Source: Actinomycetota bacterium
GTDB lineage: Bacteria; Actinomycetota; Nitriliruptoria; Nitriliruptorales; Nitriliruptoraceae
Assembly: GCA_019348135.1 (NCBI GenBank)
Contig: JAHWJY010000001.1
Location: 17,973 to 81,972 of the forward strand
DNA: 64,000 nt
Direction: 5' to 3'
The notes under the pieces were generated by a model. The model had not been told where the DNA came from and did not search any database. It saw only the letters and a list, made by a program, of their open reading frames with translations. The position numbers and the translations under genes were made by a program. Positions 58,397 to 64,000 of the stretch are shown piece by piece (position 1 is the stretch's first letter; every line of letters starts with the position of its first letter).

Positions 58397-59065
58397 TCAG
58401 TCGGACTGGGCTCCGAGGAAGACCAGCACCGCCTGGACGCGCCGGTGGGTGTCGCCCTCGTTGGACAGGTCGAGCTTGTCGAAGATCGAGTTGATGTGCT
58501 TCTCGACGGCACGCTCGGTGACGAACAGGGCGCCCGCGATGGCCGAGTTGTTCTTTCCCTTCGCGATCTCCGCGAGCACCTCGGTCTCGCGCGGGGTCAG
58601 CCGGTCGAGCGACGACGACGGCTGGCTCGTGCGCGCCACGACGAGCGAGTCGACGACCTTCGGATCGATGACCGATCCCCCGGCGGCGACGGCCCGGATG
58701 GCCTCGTGCAGCTGGTCGATGTCCCCGACGCGCTCCTTCAGCAGGTAGGCGCGTCCCTGTGAGCCGCTGTCGAACAGGCTCAGGGCGTAGCTCGCGTCGG
58801 CGTACTGGCTGAGCACCACCACGCCCGTGTCGGGGTGGCTCTCACGCAGGCGCTCGGCCGCCCGGATCCCCTCGTCGGTGCCGGTCGGCGGCATCCGGAT
58901 GTCGGTCAGCACGACGTCGGGGTTGTGCTCGTCGACGGCCGCGTACAGGCCGTCGAGATCCTCGACGACGGCGACGAGCTCGACGTCGTCGAGCTCGGCG
59001 AGGAGCAGCTTCACGCCCTCACGGACGAGGTAGCTGTCCTCGGCCAGGACCACGCGGATCGACAT
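58397..59065 (-). CDS. NarL/FixJ-family response regulator (REC + LuxR HTH)
   Basis: ATG at 59065. Motifs VVLTDIRMPP, VVVLSQY, AYLLKE. HTH: LTPRETEVLAEIAKGKNNSAIAGALFVTERAVEKHINSIFDKL. Confidence 0.93.
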   Translation of the reverse strand: MSIRVVLAEDSYLVREGVKLLLAELDDVELVAVVEDLDGLYAAVDEHNPDVVLTDIRMPPTGTDEGIRAAERLRESHPDTGVVVLSQYADASYALSLFDSGSQGRAYLLKERVGDIDQLHEAIRAVAAGGSVIDPKVVDSLVVARTSQPSSSLDRLTPRETEVLAEIAKGKNNSAIAGALFVTERAVEKHINSIFDKLDLSNEGDTHRRVQAVLVFLGAQSD

Positions 59066-59114
59066 GCCGGCAGCGTAGACGCCACGGGGCAGCGCACCGG
59101 TCACGCACGCACGG

Positions 59115-59966
59115 TCAGAGGAACACGGGGAACCGGCGCTTCGCCGCCAGACGGTCCATACCGGCCTGGATCGCGGCCTCGACGTGCTCGTAGACCTGAC
59201 GGTGGAGGTCCTCGTCGGACGCGTCCTCCGGTCCCGCGTCGAGGTCGATGGGATCGAGGAACTCGGTGCGGATCTTCGCCGGCAGGGGCAGGTGCATCGG
59301 GACCGTCTCGATCGCGATCCCGAACGGTGGACCGACCACGATCGGCACCTTCGCGGCACGGAAGCGGTCCCCGAGGCCGCCGAGACGGGCGATCCACCCA
59401 CCCTCGTTCACGACGAAGACGGTGTCGTGCCCGCCGACGGTCGCGACCGGCACGATCGGCACCTGCTGCTCGACGGCCATCCGCACGAACCCCGTGCGAC
59501 CGCCCAGCACCGCGGTGTCCCGCTTGCGCCAGTGCCGCATCGAGTCCTTCTCGCCGCCCGGCCACACGATCACGTCGTCGCCCGCCGCCAACGCGGCCGA
59601 GACGGCGTCGCCGGACGCCGGCAGGACCCCCATGCGACGGAAGTAGTCGCCCAGGCCGGGCGCCGCCATCAGCACGTCGTGGGCCGTGCCGTGGAGGAAC
59701 CGGTCGGGCCCGAAGTGGCGCCACCACGCGTAGATGAGCGTCCACGCGTCCATCGTGAGCGCGGCGCCGGAGTGGACCCCGACGAGGAGACATGGCGGGT
59801 CGGGCAGCCGTTCCCAGCCATCGACCTCGAGCCGGAAGTAGTACCGGCAGAGCGCGTCCCAGACGGGCTCCTGGAGGCGCATGAGGTGCTCGCTGTAGCC
59901 ACCCTCACCATCGCCGCGTCGCCACTCGAGCAACGACCTGATCGGCCCGTTCCCGTCGTCGGCCAT
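59115..59966 (-). CDS. PlsC-like lysophospholipid/glycerolipid acyltransferase family protein
   Basis: LLVGVHSGAALTMD and VIVWPGGEKDS blocks resemble acyltransferase motifs I and III. Confidence 0.55.
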   Translation of the reverse strand: MADDGNGPIRSLLEWRRGDGEGGYSEHLMRLQEPVWDALCRYYFRLEVDGWERLPDPPCLLVGVHSGAALTMDAWTLIYAWWRHFGPDRFLHGTAHDVLMAAPGLGDYFRRMGVLPASGDAVSAALAAGDDVIVWPGGEKDSMRHWRKRDTAVLGGRTGFVRMAVEQQVPIVPVATVGGHDTVFVVNEGGWIARLGGLGDRFRAAKVPIVVGPPFGIAIETVPMHLPLPAKIRTEFLDPIDLDAGPEDASDEDLHRQVYEHVEAAIQAGMDRLAAKRRFPVFL

Positions 59967-60060
59967 GCCGGCTCCTCCCGCCCGCGGCTCGCGCCCCCCT
60001 GGGTACCGGCCATCGCCGTCGTCGCAGGAGCGGAGGGTGGCCGGTCGACGGGTGTGGCGG

Positions 60061-61467
60061 TCAGTCGCATCCGGGTGGTTCCTCTGACGTGGGGTGGTAG
60101 ACGACGTCGTGGTCGTTGGCGGTGACGGTCAGCGTGGTGGGATCGGTCTCGACGAGGGCCTCGGCGACGAGCTCCTCCGACGTCCGGTCCATCACCGTCA
60201 GCCACGCCGGCGGGACCTCGGTCACCTCGCTCCGCCACATCACGTCGTTCACCGGTCCGAGCCACTCGGGTCCGCAGTGCAGGTACAGCCGGTAGAGGAA
60301 CGGGAAGCCGGCCTCGACGGTGCCGCCGGGCTCGATCACCGCGGGCTGCGGGTGCGCGAGCGCGGGGTCGGGGCCGAGCTGGTCGCGGGACACGCCGGCG
60401 CCGGGCTGCGTGAGATCGGCGTCGACGACCGTGCGTTCCTCGGGTGCCCCGGGGGGCGGGTCCGCGGCACCCAGCTGGATGGCGAACCGGCCGGGGGGCA
60501 ACACGTCCCGGTCGACGGCGACGACGTAGGCCCGCGGGTTCGCGTCGGCGGTGCACGGTCCCCCTTCCGCCTCGTCGAGGTAGGTGATGTCGGCGTACAC
60601 GAGCGCCCGGTCGTGATCGACCTCGACGCCTTCGAAGCGGAGGTCCGGGCAGCTGCCGCTGTAGACGGCGCCGAACCAGATGACCACCTCGGTCCCGAAG
60701 TCCACCGCGGGCGCCTCGTCGGAGAGCCCTACGCTCTCCCAGAGCTGGACGTAGCCGTCCTCGTCCGCGGCGATCCAGGTGCGGTACGGCTGCCCCGCGC
60801 GCTCGTCGGCGAGGAGTCGCCAGCCGTCGCCGGCCTCCGCCTGCGGGCCGTCGGACGGAAGGGTCTCCGGATCGACGCCCTCGACGCAGACACGCTCGCC
60901 GGCGAAGCGCTCGGCGACCGCGTCGAGCCGGTCCTCCGTCATGGGTCCGACACCGATGGACACCACACCCTTGGTCACGCTGACGGCGATGGACGAGGCC
61001 ACCGCGCCTCCCAGCTCCTCGGCGACGCGGTCCTGCAGGGCGGTGAGCTCGGTCATGGTCCAGTCGACGGGCACGACCACGGCGCCGGCGTCGGGGAAGT
61101 CCCGCGCGAGCTCCGCCTGTACCGCCTCGGCGTCGCGGCTGAACGCGAGCACCACCCAGCCGAGGTGGTCGCGGTCGATCCACAGCTGCTCGAAGCCCTC
61201 CCGGCCGGATGCCCACGCGGACAGCTCCTCGACCGGCTGCTCGTTGCCGACGTAGATCGGCTCGTCGCGCAGGTGCTCGTCGGGGGGGACGACCTCGGGG
61301 ACCTCGGAGCAACGGGCGACCTCCTGGCCACCGCCGCCGTCCACCACCGGGGCGGGCGCCCGGCCACAGCCGGCCGCCGCCAGCACCAGCGCCGTCGTCG
61401 TCACGATCGATCGCACGCTGGGGCCCCGTCGTCTGATGCGCCGACGTCCGCGATCAGCCGGCGCCAT
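60061..61467 (-). CDS. hypothetical lipoprotein
   Basis: Lipobox LAAAGC, 468 aa. I recognise no domain. The start is 61467 or GTG 61416. Confidence 0.55.
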   Translation of the reverse strand: MAPADRGRRRIRRRGPSVRSIVTTTALVLAAAGCGRAPAPVVDGGGGQEVARCSEVPEVVPPDEHLRDEPIYVGNEQPVEELSAWASGREGFEQLWIDRDHLGWVVLAFSRDAEAVQAELARDFPDAGAVVVPVDWTMTELTALQDRVAEELGGAVASSIAVSVTKGVVSIGVGPMTEDRLDAVAERFAGERVCVEGVDPETLPSDGPQAEAGDGWRLLADERAGQPYRTWIAADEDGYVQLWESVGLSDEAPAVDFGTEVVIWFGAVYSGSCPDLRFEGVEVDHDRALVYADITYLDEAEGGPCTADANPRAYVVAVDRDVLPPGRFAIQLGAADPPPGAPEERTVVDADLTQPGAGVSRDQLGPDPALAHPQPAVIEPGGTVEAGFPFLYRLYLHCGPEWLGPVNDVMWRSEVTEVPPAWLTVMDRTSEELVAEALVETDPTTLTVTANDHDVVYHPTSEEPPGCD

Positions 61468-61477
61468 GGGCGGGAAG

Positions 61478-61885
61478 CTAGGAAACGGTGTCCGAGACAC
61501 GGAGGGTCCCCTCCTCGACCTCGCCGGTGAGCGATGCCTGGTCGACCCACGCGATGTCGCCCTCCTGCTGCGCGCCGTCGCGCTCGACGACGGTGATGCC
61601 CTCGACCAGCAGGCTCGGCTCACCGCACTGCGGCGGGTAGGACTCCAGCGACGCCTCGCACAGCCGGGTGGACGTGCCGTCGTCGATCAGGAACCCGGTC
61701 ACGGTGATGGGTCCGTCGAGCTCGCTCGCGCGTGCCTCGCTGACCGTGAGGCCACCGCCCGGGACCGGTGCGCCGGCGGCACCGCCGTCCCCGGTCGTGT
61801 CGTCGCCGCCGCACGCGGAGAGGGCCAGCGCGGTCACGGTCGCCGTCACGGCGAGCTGCGAGCCCCTGCCTCGGAAGGATCCCAT
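61478..61885 (-). CDS. small hypothetical lipoprotein
   Basis: Lipobox ALSAC and an LCEASLESYPPQCGEPSL motif. Its stop is 10 nt upstream of the next lipoprotein gene. Confidence 0.55.
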   Translation of the reverse strand: MGSFRGRGSQLAVTATVTALALSACGGDDTTGDGGAAGAPVPGGGLTVSEARASELDGPITVTGFLIDDGTSTRLCEASLESYPPQCGEPSLLVEGITVVERDGAQQEGDIAWVDQASLTGEVEEGTLRVSDTVS

Positions 61886-62037
61886 CGTCGCGTCCTCGTC
61901 TCGATGATCGACGGTAGGACGTCGGTGACCGCGCGCGGGTTGCCGAGGGGCCCGCGGCGCGACGTCGTCCCACGGTGGCGCGCGGGGGATCGTGGAACGA
62001 GAACGCCCCGCAGCGACAGGCTGCGGGGCGATCCGGC

Positions 62038-62114
62038 TGGTGGAGGTGATCGGATTTGAACCGACGGCCCCTTCGTTGCGAACGAAGTGCTCTGCCGAAC
62101 TGAGCTACACCCCC
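62038..62114 (-). tRNA. tRNA-Ala (anticodon CGC), CCA encoded
   Basis: Manual cloverleaf: GGGGGTG-TA-GCTC-AGTTCGGCA-GAGC-A-CTTCG-TTCGCAA-CGAAG-GGGCC-GTCGG-TTCAAAT-CCGAT-CACCTCC-A-CCA. The G3-U70 wobble, the Ala identity element, is present. Confidence 0.92.
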
Positions 62115-62169
62115 AGGGCGGCGGGCATCGTAACCCGGCGCCAGGGGGGTGGCGAACCCGGGGCCAGGG

Positions 62170-62826
62170 TCAGCCCGCGGGCGGGACGGCGCGCTCGAGC
62201 GCCTCGCGGTGCGCGTCGAGGGCCTCGCGCAGGGCCCGCTGCGACGCCGCGGTCGTGAGGTCGCCGCGGGTCCGCTCGGTGATCGCGCGCGAGGCGTCGG
62301 CGTTGCGCCGCAGCCCACGGGTCAGCCCGTCGGGGACGTCGATCGTGGCCAGCACCGCCAGGATCTCCTGCATCAGCGCGAGCAGGTCCTCGCCGGCGTC
62401 GAGCGAGCCGGCACGGACGTGGTCCAGGCAGGCGCGCCGGCACTCGCCGACGGTCTCGGCCAGCCCGTGCAGCCACGACCCGTCGTCCACGCCGACCTCC
62501 TCCGGCCCCGGGAGCGGGTCGCCGGCGAGCGCGGCCCGCGTCAGCCGGGCCTCGGCGTGCTCCTTGGCGGCGTCCTGCACGAAGCCGCTGTAGAGCACGT
62601 CGGGGAACGGTTCGGCCGCCGCCGCGGCGGTGTCGAGCGCCTCGCGCGACGCGGCGATCAGCCGGTCGGCCTCGTCGTCGTCGCCCCGGTGCAGCGCACG
62701 GATGGCGTTCGCGGCGTTCCGGATGGTGTCGCGGGACGCCTGGTAGGCGGTCTCGCGCGCCTCGTGGCGCGCCTGGAACCGCTGCCGGACCGGCTCGGAC
62801 AGGGTGAGGAGGTCCTCCCCCGTCAC
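62170..62826 (-). CDS. translin-family protein
   Basis: GTG at 62826, 1 nt after the upstream stop. All-helical. The pattern ...AIRALHRGDDDEA..., FVQDAAKEHAEA and WLHGLAETVGECRRA matches the translin/TRAX core. Confidence 0.55.
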   Translation of the reverse strand: MTGEDLLTLSEPVRQRFQARHEARETAYQASRDTIRNAANAIRALHRGDDDEADRLIAASREALDTAAAAAEPFPDVLYSGFVQDAAKEHAEARLTRAALAGDPLPGPEEVGVDDGSWLHGLAETVGECRRACLDHVRAGSLDAGEDLLALMQEILAVLATIDVPDGLTRGLRRNADASRAITERTRGDLTTAASQRALREALDAHREALERAVPPAG

Positions 62827-62827
62827 G

Positions 62828-63430
62828 TCAGTCCTCCCAGCGGCGGATCCGCACGGCGGTCTGGGGCTGCCACGGGTCGTCGGGGTGCGACGCCACCGGG
62901 ACACCCTCGCCGAACATCGGCGGCGCGCCGACCGCCACCGGGAGTCGCTCGTCGCGGAGGTCGACGACCTGGTCGCCACGGATGTCGCGGACGACCTCAC
63001 GCACCTGGTCGCGCTGGAGCTTCAGGTGGCGCAGGAGCGCGGCGTAGCCGCCGGTCGCGACCGCGGAGAGGATGAACAGCGTCCAGGCGAACCCGCCGGC
63101 GAACAGCGCCACCAGCAGCAGGGTGCCGGTGACCGCGAGGCTGCGGACGAAGGTGGTGCGCCGGCGGGCGACGACGGGGTCCTCGCGACGGGCGTGCGAC
63201 CGCGCGCCGGGAGCGGTGGGGGCAGCGACGTCGCCGTCGAGGCCCACGATCCGACCGGCGTCGTTCGGGACCATCATGTAGCGGCCGTCCGGCTGCCGTC
63301 GCAGCACATCCATCGCTCGCTCGAACCCTCCGACGGTGGCATGGGTGTTCACGCGGCGGGAACGTACCGCCCCCGGGAGCAGTGCGACCGCCCAGATCAG
63401 GGCCAGCATGACCACCAGCGCTTCGTTCAT
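62828..63430 (-). CDS. membrane protein (possible SepX/GlpR-like divisome-associated protein)
   Basis: ATG at 63430. An N-terminal TM (LVVMLALIWAVALLPGAV) and a second TM pair mid-protein. The family assignment is tentative. Confidence 0.4.
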   Translation of the reverse strand: MNEALVVMLALIWAVALLPGAVRSRRVNTHATVGGFERAMDVLRRQPDGRYMMVPNDAGRIVGLDGDVAAPTAPGARSHARREDPVVARRRTTFVRSLAVTGTLLLVALFAGGFAWTLFILSAVATGGYAALLRHLKLQRDQVREVVRDIRGDQVVDLRDERLPVAVGAPPMFGEGVPVASHPDDPWQPQTAVRIRRWED

Positions 63431-63590
63431 GCCACGTCCTCTCCACCTGGAGGATGAGCCGACGGTAACAGTGCGTTCCGGGCACACCTAGGAGGTCGGA
63501 CACATGAACGACAAGCGTGTAACTCGGGTTCCCGGTCGGGCGATCCGGGAACGGGATGCCGCGATGCCGACATCCGCTGCCCGGATCGCG

Positions 63591-64000
63591 CTACGCCGGC
63601 GGGGCGGACCAGTCGCCGGAGCGGCCGCCGGACTTGGCGAGCAGACGCACGTCCGTGACGACGACGTCGCGCTGGACCGCCTTCACCATGTCGTAGAGGG
63701 CGAGCGCGGCCGTCGTCACGGCGACCATCGCCTCCATCTCGACCCCCGTGCGGTCGTCCGCCCGCGCGAGCGCCGTGATCGTCGCCACGCCGCGGTCGGC
63801 GTCGAGCGCGACGTCGACGTCGACCTGCGACAGGCGGACCTGGTGGCACAGCGGGATGAGCTCGCTCGTCCGCTTGGCGGCCTGGATGCCGGCCAGCCGC
63901 GCCACCGTGACCGCGTCGCCCTTCGGCAGGTCGCCGGCCGCGACCCGTGCGGCGGTCGCCGGGGTCATGACGACCCGGCAGCCGGCGCGGGCGACGCGGG
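63591..64000 (-). CDS. moaC: cyclic pyranopterin monophosphate synthase MoaC (5' end outside window)
   Basis: Motifs IPLCHQ and GVEMEAM...ALYDMVKA. The frame stays open to the window edge. Confidence 0.9.
   Translation of the reverse strand, partial: RVARAGCRVVMTPATAARVAAGDLPKGDAVTVARLAGIQAAKRTSELIPLCHQVRLSQVDVDVALDADRGVATITALARADDRTGVEMEAMVAVTTAALALYDMVKAVQRDVVVTDVRLLAKSGGRSGDWSAPPA

Noticed and set aside
63504-64000. Plus-strand reading frame starting at an ATG preceded by a strong AGGAGG, running to the window end
   Set aside because: Beyond the first ~30 codons it is exactly antisense to moaC and Arg/Asp/Gly-rich. It is most likely a shadow frame, and the RBS-like AGGAGG may be coincidental. 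A short leader peptide cannot be excluded, but there is no support for one.

Overview
This is a very GC-rich (roughly 70% or more by eye), tightly packed chromosomal segment with Actinobacteria-type gene order. I call about 70 protein genes and 3 tRNAs (Leu-UAA, Gln-UUG, Ala-CGC). I found no rRNA, CRISPR array, integrase or transposase. The backbone is conserved actinobacterial housekeeping: S1-DUF501-ppx, ftsB-eno, mazG, mfd, pth-rplY(ctc), prs-glmU-tRNA-Gln, ispE-rsmA-rpfB-tatD, rsmI/pmt, gdhA and moaC, plus a Zur/ZnuABC zinc module. There are four accessory regions. (i) 1-8.5 kb is a glutamate / 2-hydroxyglutarate / gamma-glutamyl cluster; it includes an OsmC-family gene whose catalytic-Cys codon is an in-frame TGA followed by a SECIS-like hairpin. 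(ii) 13-15 kb has an AT-rich consensus promoter with an overlapping inverted repeat in front of a di-iron oxygenase-like gene and a nitrilase-family gene. (iii) 39-42 kb holds an ECF sigma factor and a beta-propeller anti-sigma candidate. (iv) 50.8-59.1 kb is a signalling island and my top candidate for an undescribed system. In it, a tandem-cupredoxin lipoprotein, a multi-TM GAF/HisKA_3 kinase, a protein with an unrecognised N-domain plus a cNMP-binding domain, and an MBL-fold hydrolase lie on one strand. They are divergent from a REC-LuxR-class III cyclase fusion with non-canonical specificity residues, and two more response regulators sit next to it. All functional calls come from by-eye motif recognition on the supplied translations; no database search or folding program was run. 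Many long ORFs in the track are antisense or read-through shadows typical of high-GC DNA and were ignored.
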